Of a stretch of 64,000 nucleotides of DNA, positions 43,049-56,999 are shown one piece after another (position 1 is the stretch's first letter; each line of letters opens with the position of its first letter). A program made the position numbers and the translations under genes. The notes below the pieces were generated by a model. That model ran no database searches. It was not told the origin of the DNA and worked only from the letters and a program-made list of their open reading frames with translations. The DNA comes from the human T2T-CHM13v2.0 reference genome, Homo sapiens: NCBI RefSeq assembly GCF_009914755.1, contig NC_060938.1. One strand, written 5' to 3'.

Positions 43049-43334
43049 TAGGAGATGGGGGGAGCAGGTAAAAGATTTCCTCTATTTTCATCCAATATCC
43101 CCTGGCTGTAGAAACTGCCCCGCAGCCCCCACTGGGGAGGTCAGGACAGCAGTGAGCAGTGAGACCCCGGACACTCCAGGGAACTGTGGCTCCGCAGGAG
43201 GAGCCCGGAAGGGGCGGAGAGGCCACAGATGTGGCTTGAGGATAACCATCCACTCAGGTGAGGGAAGCCCACTTGAGCCCACCTCTCAAACATAAGGCCC
43301 CCATCCCTGCCGGCCCCATCCCTTCTCACCGAAG

Positions 43335-43547
43335 CACGGTTTCTCTGCCTCAGCACTGCTGACACTTTGGACAAGTTATTTTTTGTTAAGGGGCTGTCCT
43401 GGCCATTGTAGGATGGCGAGCAGCGTCCTCAGCCTCTACACACTAGATATCTGTAGCACTCCTTCCCCCTGCCAGTTGTGACAACCAAAGATTTCTCTGG
43501 ACCTTGCCAAATGTCTCGCCCTACACCCCCACCATGAAGAACCACTG
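43335..43547. mobile_element. MER20 hAT-Charlie DNA transposon
   Basis: gctgtcctggccattgtaggatg...ctctacacactagat...ccagttgtgacaaccaaaga...ttgccaaatgtc...agaaccactg. Confidence 0.88.
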
Positions 43548-45427
43548 CTGTGGACGGTAGGCTGGTCCCTTGGTCTCCCCACCTTCATCCCCCACCTCTC
43601 CTGGGCCTTCTCCCCACCTCACCCGAGCCTCAGGCCTGGCTGAGGTGTCTCACCCAACACACACTAGAGGAGGCAGTGCCAACCAGCCACTGCATCTCAG
43701 GAAGGCCGCCTGGCCCAGTTGCTGGGAATCAGAACGGAGAGGCTGGCTCTGCAAGCCAGGACAGTGCTGAGTCAGGGAGCGATCAGTGGAGGAGTCTGGA
43801 GGGTGAAGGAGGAATCAGTGCCTCAGAGAGGAGCCAGGAAAGGCGGAGTAAGGCTGAGACAAGGCCACAGGTGGTGGTGTGTGAATCCTGACCTGGGCAC
43901 TTTCTGCTTGGTCAGACAGTGACCTGGGGATGCCACCGGGAGCTGAAAGGTTGCTCAGAGCCCTAGTGGCATGGCGCTGCCTCCCAGCAACCCTGAAAAG
44001 TTCAGGCCCAGGCTCAGCCCCAAGAATTCAGGAGCCCCAGGCTGGATCAGGAAGGTGACAGGGACTGAGTTCAGAGTCTCGTGTGGATCTGGGGCCTCGG
44101 GCATCAAGCTCTCAGTGCAGTGGGTTACATAAGTGCTCTCTCTCCAGCAAAGAAAGAGAAGAGAGCCCTGAGAAGGAGGCATCAAAGGAGGAAACTGGCA
44201 AGCTTCACAGGGGAGGAGGCTTTGGAGCCAGTTTTGTCAGATGACAAGGAGTTCACCAGACAGAGAGGCAGGTGGAGGAAGGGCATTCCTGGGAAAGGGC
44301 GCTCACAGTCCACGTACAGGCAAAAGGTGCCCAAAGAACAAGGAAAGGTCAGCAGGTCCACTTGGCTGCTTCAGAAACCCTGGTTCAGCCCTTGAGTGAC
44401 GGGGAGTGAGGGTGAAGTGGGTCTGTTTCCCATGGGAAAGTGGCTGGCTGGCAGCGTGAGAATAAATGGCCAGTTCACGTAATGTCTCCCTTCCCCATTC
44501 TCCCCATCAATGAATTTCAGGTCACCTTGATGCAAGGTCAGCGTGTGCCGGGGTGAGCTAGCTAGCCATAGTTCCTGCAGGAAACCTAAGCCCAAGTATG
44601 CCTTGGCCTTGGTCAGTTTCTCAGGGAAGACACCGAAGCTCCCCTGCCTGCACAGTGTCACTTGGTAGCAGTCGCTTGGCCCAAGACCTGCGGTCAGGAG
44701 GCCTGCAGTCATGTGTTTGAAATAGGGTCTGACTGCACTTGCTCGCCCTGAGTACCCATCATCCTGCCGGGGGGTTAACATTCTCCCTTCCCACAATGCA
44801 CTGGTCCACTGGGCCCACACCTTTCCTCCAGGTCACCCTGGAAAGTCACCATTGCTGTAAGCCCAGCCCTAATTAACCCTAGGGCAGGGAGAAGATCAGA
44901 TCAAGCAAGAGTACCCAGAGCCAGGCCCTGGCTGGAGGAGACTCCGCCCCCCTGCCCTGCCCCTGTGGGTCTGTCCCGTCCCACCCAGTCCCAGGAAAGG
45001 GCTGGGACTGTTTCCATTTCCAACCTGTCTGGGCCGCTCCTTTCTTGCCCAGGTGGCTCTGCTGGGAAAGCCTATAACAGCTGAGCGGGCTTTTCAGGAT
45101 TGGCTTGATGCCAGGGCCAGGGCGAGGGATGACCTGGCCACATAGCAGTCATCGCCTGTGCTGCTGAAGTGCTTTTCTTCAGAGGATCTCAAAACGTTTT
45201 ACCAGAAACAGGAGTTGTCCCAGCTATGAAAGGACACAGAAAAGAAGGGTCACTCACTAAGCTGCTAACAGCTTTGGCAGTAGAAGTCTTCAAAAGACTG
45301 GCTCCAAGGGAAGTAAACAACAGAATCCAAGGCTAAAATTGTATCCTTAATAAATACTATCTGAAGTTAAAACAGGAGTTCACTATTTATGGAAATCTAT
45401 ATAAACCTAATAAGCACAGAGTGGTGA

Positions 45428-45465
45428 ATGTGCGTGCGTGTGTGCGTGTGTGCGTGTGTGTGTGC
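45428..45465. repeat. (GT)n/(GCGT)n microsatellite
   Basis: Seen directly. Confidence 0.9.
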
Positions 45466-46220
45466 ATTCAGGGAGGGAGTGGAATAGAACAAGATGTGGC
45501 ACTCACTCTCTTCCTCCCTGTCCCTTCCTGTGGTCACACTTCTCAGGGTGCACCTCACATGAGAGTATTGCCTCTGGGATTCTGTACCCATTGTTGCCTT
45601 CTCCTCCTCTAGGCCCAGCAGGGCCCAGGTCTCCCACTTGTGAGGAGACAGCCACTGTAAGCCATCTGTCCTCTTGCAAGATGAGACCATTCCTTTGGAA
45701 TGTCCTTCTGGTCACCTTCCTCTCCCACTGCCACAGACCCTCACCACCTCATGCTCAGTTCCTCACACCTACTCATTCGTGCACTCTTCCTGCCAGTCTT
45801 ACGTGCCATCACCAGATTCATCTTCCCAAAATCCTGCCAAAATTAGCCCCTCATCCTTGTCCAAAGGACATTGTCCAGATTCCTGAGCAGAACCTTCAAG
45901 ACTCTTCCCCAGACTGATCTTCCACCTCCGGTCCTCCCCAGCATGAAGTCTCCTCAAGATATTTCATTGTCTGCTTGCTAGTCCCACATGTGCCTGGAGT
46001 CTTCCGCCCTTTCTGCCCTTCCAGATCCTTCCCACCATCCTTAGGAACCAGCCCTGCCAGGAAGCCTTCCTATCACAAGGCCCCTTCCAAAGACTGTTAC
46101 TCAGGAGATCGTGTTACCTCCTTGGGTTCAAATCCAGAACTTCTCCTTCTCGAAAGGCCTCATTATCTTACTTCTTATGGACACACTGCCTGGGTTATGA
46201 GCTGTCTTCCCAGATAAATT

Positions 46221-46400
46221 AGGTTGCCAGATTTAGCAAATAGAAACACCAGACTTCCAGTTAAACTTGAATTTCAAATAAAGAACAACAAAAAAATAGT
46301 GTTAGTATATGCCATGTAATATTTGGAACCTACTTATATTAAGAATTGTTTATCTGAAACTTGAATTTAACTGGGGATCCTATATACTCTCTGGCAACCT
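46221..46400. mobile_element. MER53 palindromic hAT MITE
   Basis: TIRs aggttgccaga / tctggcaacct; internal inverted arms ccagttaaacttgaatttca / tgaaacttgaatttaactgg. Confidence 0.9.
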
Positions 46401-46734
46401 TACAAAGAAAGCATAAGCATGGAGCTTTCCATCTCCCTCAGGCTCTGACACTCAGAGGAGTTCTCAGGACCTGTATCGTTGATTAATTATTTTTTTGATT
46501 TAGCAAAGACTCCTTGGCTTTCATCTGCTCTTGGTTCCAAGACCCAGAGCCTACTTAAATCCCTTTGGTCCACTTGAATCATCTGCAACAAACCCATAAC
46601 AGGCCATCTAAGAGAATATCTTCCTTTAGTACTTCATGTTCTCCTTAAACATTCATCCTCGAGACACGCTAGCAGCAGATGGGTTTCAGGCAATAAAACC
46701 TCGAGTGTTTCTTGCTAACCAAAGGAGGAAGGAG

Positions 46735-46955
46735 TTCTGGAGCCAGGATGCTTGATTTCAAATCCCAAGTCAACCACATGTGGTCCTGAGGCCTCAAGCA
46801 AGAGATTTACATCTCTAGGTCTCAATTTCCCCATCTATAAACCGGCAATCATAGCAGGACCTACCTGACAGATTGCTGTGATAATTAAATGAGATAGTAC
46901 TTGGAAATTGGTGAATACATGACTCTTACATGGAAAGCACTCAATAAATGGCACC
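46735..46955 (+). mobile_element. MIR SINE
   Basis: tctggagccaggatgcttgatttcaaatccc...ctcaatttccccatctataaa...aaagcactcaataaatgg. Confidence 0.8.
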
Positions 46956-48068
46956 TGACATTGTCAGTGATTTCCTAAGACTGCCAGTGGCTGCTGGCAT
47001 GGGCACAGTCTCCTTTTGGGATCTCTTTCGCTAGCTGCTCACCAAAATAGTGGTCATGTGTGAATCTCCATAAGCAACAGAGTTATGGCAGAGTCACAGA
47101 GGAGGGTCCCCTGGTGAAGGTTCTCCGTGGGGAACCCCCATCTCTAGGTGAGGTAAAGCAAGACATACAGGGACTTCCTCAAGAGTATGGTCTGTCCCTA
47201 ATTCTCCAATTAAACTACAAATCATTGTCCTCCCTTTTCAAGTTCACATCTTTAAAAGACTGGTAAGAGCTGCTCTCCTTGATGAAGCGGGTGGCCAGTT
47301 TCAGACCCAACTGGATGTGGACAGAGGAAAAGCTACCACTGGCCTTCTTGGGACTCTCTGGGTGAACCTCGGGGATTCAGTGGAGAGAGATCCCTTGCCC
47401 AGATCCTCCTGCATCCTACCAACCGATCCTCAGCCTCTGAGGCCACCAGGCGGCTCCTGAACCTCAGCATGGGTGGGGTGCCTTGGGCTTTTCAAGGAGA
47501 CTCTTGGTCAATTCAACAAAAGTTCAATTGCCAAAGGACCAATTTGCTAAATGGCAATTCTTTGAGTTCATGAAATTCACAAATTTCATAAGAATTATTT
47601 GAATATTCTCCATAAATATCTGTTTCTTAACAGCAATTTAAAGAATATTCAATTTGTCAAAAGCTCAGAGGCCTAGAATGGTTTAGTTACCTTATAAATA
47701 TGTTCTTTTTGAATATATTTTAATGTGTCATTTTAATGAAAATATTTTCTTTTTCTTATGAATATATTTGTAAGAAATATATTCATGAAAATATATTTAA
47801 TCAAATAAGAATACATTCCTAATGCATAGTTACTAACACATTCAGGCAGAACACAATCAGATGTTCATGGAGAACATAGTCATTGAATATGTTTCAAAAA
47901 ATCATTGTTTCAAAACAAGGTTTTGGCCTATTGGCAAATTCAAAGAACTGGTGAAATGACTCCTAAGTAAGTTGACTTTCAGAGAATTGGCTGCTTCTCA
48001 TGAGGGAAAATCAATTTCTGCTTCTTGTTGTCATCTGTTTACAATTTGATTCTGAGAACTTCTAGAAC

Positions 48069-48250
48069 AGTGGTTCTCAAACATGAACGTGCATTAAAAT
48101 CACTGCAAAGCTTGGCTGAACTGCCAATTCTTGGATGATGCCCCAAAGGATTCTGGTTCTAGGTGGGGCAGAGCCCAGGAATCAGCTTGTTGAGTACAAT
48201 TCCAAGGTCACTCAGACACCACCAGTTCCCACACCTCACTTTGGGAGCAA
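48069..48250. mobile_element. MER5A-like DNA transposon remnant
   Basis: cagtggttctcaaac...gcattaaaatcac...gcccaggaatc...cactttgggag. Confidence 0.7.
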
Positions 48251-48400
48251 GTTGAGCGTAATGAAGAAAATGGTTAATCATGAGATGTTGCTATAATATT
48301 CTAAGGTAGGATTTTTTTCCTTCTCTTAGTGTGCTTGAAAATTACATCCAGCCTTAACACTAATATTGTAAGATAATCAAATTACCTACATCTCACCATT

Positions 48401-48680
48401 CTTTTTGTGTGTTTGAGACAGGACCTGTCTGTATCACCCAGGCTCTGTATCACAAGTATAGCTCACTGCAGCCTCAAACTCCTGGACTCAAGTGATCCTC
48501 CCACCTCAGCCTCCAGAGTAGCTACGACTACAAGCTCACACCACCAATCCCACCTATTTTTTGTAGAGACAGATCTTGCTATATGGCCCAGGCCAGTCTC
48601 GAGCTTCTGGCCTCAAGTGATCCTCTTGCCTTGGCTTCCCAATGTGCTAGATTATAGGTGTGAGCCACCGTGCTTGGCAC
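48401..48680 (-). mobile_element. AluJ-like element
   Basis: Reverse diverged Alu (gctcactgcagcctcaaactcctggactcaagtgatcctccc). Confidence 0.92.
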
Positions 48681-51600
48681 CTATACCTCATTATCCTAAC
48701 ATAATTATCTTTTGCAAACAGCCTTCAACATGCATGCCAACTGATTGCCAAAGGTACATACTGATTTATATTCTACCTTTTCTGTTTACTATGATATAAG
48801 AGACATCTTCCACTATGTGGCAAAGGCATTGTCATTATCATTTCTAATGTTTAAATAATATACCACACACAGATTTCCTATAACTTGCACAATTAGTCCT
48901 CTAATATTTTATATCTTCTATGTGCTGTATCATTTCCAATTTTTAAGCACAGTGAACATCTTCAAACATGTAGGTTTTTTTTGCTTCTGTTGAATAATTT
49001 TTATAGAATTCATTTCCAGAACTGGAATTAGTGGTGTGGTAGGAATCTACAGTGGTTCCCTACAGTGAGAACGCAGTAGAATAAGGACCAAAGACCATTC
49101 CTGGGATGACATGAAACATGAATATTGTAATCCCCTATTAAGCCACTTTCTTGAAGCTCTAGGATAAAGGTCACAGTTGGTTTTACAGATCAATTTAAGG
49201 TCAGATCATTGAAGAAGTTAGACAAGCAGGGGTTATGAGCTTCTTATAGAATCATGATTTTAATGTAGCATGTGGGGAAGACCTGAGACACTACAGGTAC
49301 TTAATGTGTTCCAGTATTTGATGCATAATAAAGATACTGCACTTAGCTCATTAACAGCCTGGCATAATTGAATTGCATCATTAAATCATTAACACTCCTT
49401 GCCACACCACCCAACATGTCTGGGAACTATCCAGAGGCGTCCCATTGAGTCCTAAGACCTTGGGAAGAGTAGAGCCAACTCCCCCAATTCTCATCCTGCC
49501 CTTCCCCAGCTGCTCCACCAGTAGAAGAGGGAAGTGGAGGTCTGGATGTAAGGAAGACCATTAGCCAAGTCTCACCTCCTACCTAGGGCTGCAGTTGTGA
49601 CAGTGCGCCGAGGAACCACGGAAAACCGGGAGGAAAAAAACTGGTTGCTCTCCAGATGTGTAATGTGAGGAAGTTATTCTGATCTCGCTTCCTCGAAGAT
49701 GGGATCTTTGTCTTATTGACACCTCAGTAGGTGTTCCACAAATGGTTGTCCACAGAGTGAATGAATGGATGGCCTTTGCCTAGGCTCATACTGATACCCC
49801 AGGCTGCCTCTCCCTGATGTATTCTGTAGGGGGCACTCTCACTTCTGCCTTCGCCGCAGCCACCACTGGAGATGTAGGCACCTGTGTCTCCATCCTGGGC
49901 AGCGCTGGTCTTGGCTTTACTTATCTCCTGGATCTGGTGTTTTGAACCTGACAAAAGGCAGGCATGTGGGTACATTAAAGCACAAACAATGTGCAGTACG
50001 TTTATTTGCTGGATGACCATTCCAGCCATTCCAAAGTCCCACTTGAGTGGGGCATTACAGGAACATCCTCCGTCTAGAAATCTGAGCCCTGGTTCTTCTT
50101 CTTCAACTGTCTTCTCTATCTCATTCCACCCTGCTTGAGTTCTCCCGCCTGACTGTGCAAGCAGCCTCTCCCTTCAGACCTCTACCTCCTCTTCTGAGAT
50201 CCAACTACCGCAGCTAGGAAGTCCATTGTAAACCCAGAACCAAGGATGTTTTCCTTTTCCCTGTTTCCTGCTTTTCAACAATGCACAAAACCTCTTTGAG
50301 CCTCAGATTGGACTGCCCAAGACCCACCTCCTACAGCACCTAAATCTTCAGCTCTTATTCTCCAGCAATAAGAAATCAGTTCCATACACGTTAAGAGCTT
50401 TGGTCCCGGGCCTCAGACCAGATCATTGGTCCCATCAACCTCAGACCATATGTTCACGTGAGGACAGCAGGTGGGAGGCCACCTGCCTTCCCCCATCTGC
50501 TTGCCCTGCCTGGGATACTGAAACACAGGTAAAAAGTGGAGAGGCATCTTCCTGTCCCAGCCCAGCTGCTGAGAGGTGAACTAGAGAGGGCGGCCTCGAT
50601 CCAGTCGGCCCAGATTGAGGCCCAGACTCAGACACCTCCGGGTTCCCACGCTCAGGCAGCAGGCCTGAAGCAGAACTGGTTTCATAATCTCACCTCTGCC
50701 CAGTGCTTTTTGCAAAATGATCTGCCATTTGGTTCCCACATCACAATCATACTATTTATCTATGCAAAACAGCACCTCATTAAAAAAGGATGAAACACAT
50801 CACCATTGGCCCAACCCCTCATTAAGGTATAACGCACAGGCCCTAGGCACACCCAGGGTGGAACCAGCACCCAGACTGGCCAGGGTGTTAGGCCCATGTC
50901 ACTAGCTCTGTCCCCACCCTCACCCCATTCCTCCTAAGTGAGCTGTGCTGCTCCTCAAATCTGTGTGGTGAGAGATGACAGAGAAGGAGTCCTTTGGAAC
51001 TGAGAGATGGGTTCACGGGGGGAGCCCCTCCTCCAAGAGGCCTTCTCCCCTGAACTATTATCTCTACTTAAACCTCTTCCTCTTGCCTTCAGCCCAGCTT
51101 CTACAATGATATTTGCTGACTACTGACATATTTTTACCTTTGTTTCTCACTAGAACGGAAGGGCCCTGAGCAGATGAACCGTATTATGTTTTTCAGGGCC
51201 TAAACCAGTGTTTGGCACACCGTAGGTGTTCAGGAAATACTTGCAAAATGCTCAATTTAATTTTTGACTTCATGATAAGGAATTCCATGATTGTTTTTCT
51301 GCCAGATGGTTCCCCTCCCATTCTCACTGGAGATACACCACCCCTTTGGTTGTGTTAAGCAATGCTTTCTACCCTTGACACCCAGGGTCTCAGGAATAAA
51401 AGTTGAAATGCTTGCATTTTGAAGAATAATCTCATGCTTTTTGTATTATCTCAATGACTTTAATTTACTGTGCAACATTTAGGACATACAGAAAAGAAAT
51501 AAGAAAAATATCACAGCCATGTACTCACCACCCAACTTGAAAACACCCAAAGCATGATCACTACAACAGAAGATCCCAGGCAATTCTGATGCCAGGCACC

Positions 51601-53371
51601 TATCCCCCTTTCTCTCCTTCAGAGGAACCTATATCTCAAACGTGATGACCATCTGAATTTTTTACAGTTAATTTTTTAATGTAATAGATATGAGGTTTGC
51701 CATCGGTGTGTCCTTCAGGCTGAAGTCAGACTGTGTTCTCAACCCGGCCCGGCCCGCACACCGCACCTGCTCTGTGCCCCAGTTTCTCTATCTGTAAAGT
51801 GGTGATAATAATACCCGTCTCTTCCCCACTTCTCTGAGTGTGCAGATGAGTGAGATAAATGTAAAGTGCTTGGAGCGTCAGGAGAGAGAGGCTTTAGACA
51901 ACCCCAAGCAGGTAAGTAGTGCAGGAAGCGCCAGCAGGCCTCCACCATGGGTTTCTCATGGCCGAGAAGGGTGTGCCGATCTGCTCACCTGCCTGCGCCC
52001 CGACCCCGGACACCAGCTCATTCACACCAGCCAGCCAGCTCCACCTTCCCTCTATGGGTAGCCCTTCTTTGGTGCTTCTGGGATCCTGGAGCTGAGACAG
52101 CCAGCAGCCCCCTCTGACCGTAGAGGACCCATTTCAGCCACAGAATTGGCAACCTCTCACTGTGCTGCCTTACGGTCCTTCCTCTCTCCTTTCCTGTCAT
52201 TCTGTGTGCCAGAGTTGTGCTGTCTACACAGCAAGCTCCTAAGCAATGGTGGTGATCAGGCTATGTATACTCCCGAAGAAATGGGGAAGAAAGGGTCAGC
52301 AGCCATGTCTGAGGCTGGTGTGAACGTGCTGAGTAAACAGGCCAGCGAGATCTACAAAGTTTAAGACTCCCTGCTCCCAGGACCAAAAGAGACAAACAAG
52401 GTTGAAAAGCACAAACTCAACATTTTTAAAAACCATAAAATGAGACAATTCCCACCTAAGGCCATCTCTCATATATTCACACCAGAGGGCTTCAAGTGTG
52501 GGAATTGTGTCGGGAGAAGCAGAGCAAAAGCTGGCTAGCCGGTCCACAAGGCTCGAGAGGGGGGATACGAAGGTAGGATGGTCAATGGACAGAGGCCAGA
52601 GGCAGAGGCTCATCCAAGACATCACTTGACTAAACCAGTAGAGACCTCTGAAGCAGTACAACAGTGTGGTCAAAGAAAATGGCAAGCTTGGTAGGTAAAA
52701 GAGTTTGCTGACACAGATGTTATCTACAGTGGAGAAGTCACTGTCATTAGAAAATATTCCCCCATTTGCTAAATGCTTTCAGCACTCCAGCCGGAGAGGC
52801 GATTCAGAACGCTGATGTTGCAGATAAGTGCAAGGATGGGAGGAGCTGCGGCTCCCGTCCTTCAATCTCAAGAATCCTGCCAATTCCAAGCACCCACGCT
52901 GTGTCTACGGTTCAGGACAGCCCTGGAGGAAGATGGTGCTCCCAGAAAAATCCCAAAGAGGTGGTCCAGAAAGCTGGCCACCAACAAGGGGCACTGACAG
53001 GAGAACTGGAGGCTTGGATCTCTGACCTAGGATGTCAGGAGCTGCCACAGATAAGAACTGAGAGAGTCAGGGCTGGAAAGCAGGGCCATTACTGGGAAAC
53101 TTCCAGTGGAAGAGAAAGAATCTTGAGAGATGGCTGAGGGAATTGAGTTCTAGACCTAGATCTGTGTGACCTTGAGTCAGTCATTTCATCTCTCTGGGCC
53201 TCAGTTTCCTCATTTGTAACATCGGGGGTTGGGTTGGATTACGTCTAAGGTTCTATCACATTAACATCCTATGGACAGCATCAGAGAACAGGGAGGGGAC
53301 CAACACTGGAATGTCCCTAAATGTAATGCATTGGGCCACCAAAGCAGAACGGAGTGTAGAGTTAAAACTCA

Positions 53372-53684
<313 letters not shown>

Positions 53685-55029
53685 AACTTATAAAGGAACT
53701 TGTATTTGTCAAGCATCAGAACAAGCTGTAAAGCTTTCCTAACCCTGCTTCCCACAGCCACACACAGCATCCTGACCTCCTTGTCCCATGATCAGAGTAT
53801 GAGCCAGTGGGCTCCAAGTTGGTCAACCCAATTCTCAGTCCACTACTTGTGCTAGCTGTGTGACTTCAGGCAAGGCAGTTATCTTTTTGCCTTGCCTGTT
53901 TCCTCATCTCTAAGAATCTTCGCCTCCTCCCTGCCCCACGAGGAGGGTGAGAGAATTCACTGAGTAATGTCCACTTAGCACTTAGCTTGCAAGGGGGGAA
54001 GAGTCCCACATAAATAGAAGATGACGAGGGTTGTTGTGACAGCTGTTTGATTCCCTGAGCTCTTCCCCAGCCCTTCCTTTGCTGCTGATGGAAACTAACC
54101 TGTTGTGAGTCACTACTGTCTTGTTCTCAAAGTTCAGTTCAGAGAATTCCCCTTGAGCATGAGGTTCCTATCTAGCCTCACTGTCAAATGAGGAGACATC
54201 AGAGAACAAGGCTAAGAAAATATGATGCCACCACTTCCCTAACACTTGATTCCACTTTGCTTTTTACGCACTATACTGTACGCTTCCTAAGGGCGGGGAC
54301 ATCTGGGCAACCATGTTGCACAACTGCAGGGGGCACCCTCTGCCAGCATTTAGTTGACACCCAATAAGCATTTGTTGAATGAATGACATAAACTGCCTAG
54401 CTAATATTTGGGTGGGAGGAAGAAAACTAATATTTTTGAATATCCACCATATGCCAAAAGCATTTTCTATTTTATTCATTCCTCTTAGCAGTCTTATGGA
54501 ATCAAAACTATTCTCCCAATTTATGGTTGGGTAAACTGAGACTCAAGAATTAAGTGATCACCAAGGTCTCATGCAATGTAAGCGGTAGACAAAGACTTTG
54601 AACTCATGCCTGTTTCACTGGATTCCAGTCACAGTCCCATGAATGTGGGTAGGGGAAGGAGGCAAATACCTTAAACCAAGATAAGCTGAGACACTGTTTT
54701 CAACAAGGGTTTTTGCTGGACCAACAGGGTAATAGTGCCGGAAGGGTATGGCCTGTTAGTAACAGAAAGGCCCCCTCAAACCAGGCCTTTAAATGGTAAG
54801 TGCTGGCTGAGAAAAAGCCCAAGTTTCAATAGGTTCTCAAACCCTTCAGGAGAGCCAAGAGAATCTGGGCTGTCCCTTCTCCCTTCCTTTATGCCTATTC
54901 TTACCTCCACTACCTCACCATCGTCACACACATGCACACACAATCCCTGCTACAAGGTCTCCCAACAAATATAAAAACAGAGACACACAATGTCTATTCC
55001 CCTCTCCCTGCAAAACCCCTCTGTTCCTA

Positions 55030-55450
<421 letters not shown>

Positions 55451-55987
55451 ACAAGAGGACTTCTTTGCCTCAACACTGCTAAAATTCAAGAGTATAGGAA
55501 GTAGCCCTTGTCCTCCAGTCTCTGCCTGGGACATTTTCCTAGCATGAACAGTATGGGCAAGGCTCCCCCAGCACCACAGATGAACCCAGGTTCAACTCCT
55601 CCATTCCTGAGCTTTGTTGACCTTCATGGGTTCTTTGATATGGGAACAATCATCTCTGGTCTAATATCAGAAGGAACTGTGCTTTCAAACACCACAATGG
55701 GCCTTGTTTAAGGAGCAGTCCCTAGGAGAGCCCGCAGGGAGCAGTACATATTTACTCAGGCCTATGGCACTTGTAAAGGAATTATTGGCAGTTGAGAGGC
55801 GCTTCCAGCTGAATGTATATCCCAAGGCATGCTAGCTCCCCTCACCTGGGGCCTGATAAATGCCGGGTACTCTGTCAATTGGCTGACATCTCATGGCTTC
55901 CCCAGCTGCTGCCCAGAGTAAAGCAATGGGATTGAGCGAGTTCATGGTATCCCTCTTATTCTTTCCATAGATCCACCTTGCTCAGCT

Positions 55988-56135
55988 CTTTTTTGTTTTT
56001 ATTTTTTAATAAAATAGAGACAGGGACCTTGCTATTTTTCCCAGGCTGGTCTTGAACTCCTGGCCTCAAGAGATCCTCCTGCCTTGATCTCCCAAAGTGC
56101 TGGAATTAAAGGTGTCACCCCCCGCATGCCCGGCC
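55988..56135 (-). mobile_element. Free left Alu monomer (FLAM-like)
   Basis: Single arm only; TSD-like cttgctcagctcttt/cttactcggctcttt. Confidence 0.88.
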
Positions 56136-56292
56136 CTTACTCGGCTCTTTCAACCCCCCAAAGATGAGAGTGTCTAACAGGAAAGTGACCACAGCTTCAC
56201 TTGCTAGAAGATAACATCACTAAACAGGGAACCCAGCACTGAAGGCTGATTGTTGCACCTGTGAGCCTAAATCCCAGCTCTGCCAATACCTG

Positions 56293-56430
56293 CTGTATTT
56301 GTGTACTAGGGCTACCGTAACAAAATCCCACAGATGGGGTGGCTTAAACAATGTATCTGTTTCAGAAACTTATTATCTACCTCAGAAACATATTTTCTCA
56401 CAGTTCTGGAGGCCTGAGGTCCAAGACCCG
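56293..56430 (-). mobile_element. MLT1 LTR fragment
   Basis: ctagggctaccgtaacaaaatcccacagatggggtggcttaaacaa...ctcacagttctggaggcctgaggtccaaga. Confidence 0.75.
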
Positions 56431-56606
56431 TGTATTATGAATGTCAAGGACAGAGTAGCAAGTAGTAAAGAGGAACCACAGGCCATTCTTGGAAAGCTAG
56501 CTGCATTGACAGGAGATGCTTGGGCAGTGCACAGCTGGAGACCTTCCTGTCTTTGCAGTTCTCTCTGCTTACTTCCAAACAAGTTGTATATATAGATTTT
56601 GATTTA

Positions 56607-56999
<393 letters not shown>

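Noticed and set aside
52296-53137. Cluster of 120-130-aa ORFs in non-repeat-looking DNA
   Set aside because: No recognisable protein. It could be a decayed old repeat; tBLASTn or Dfam would settle this.
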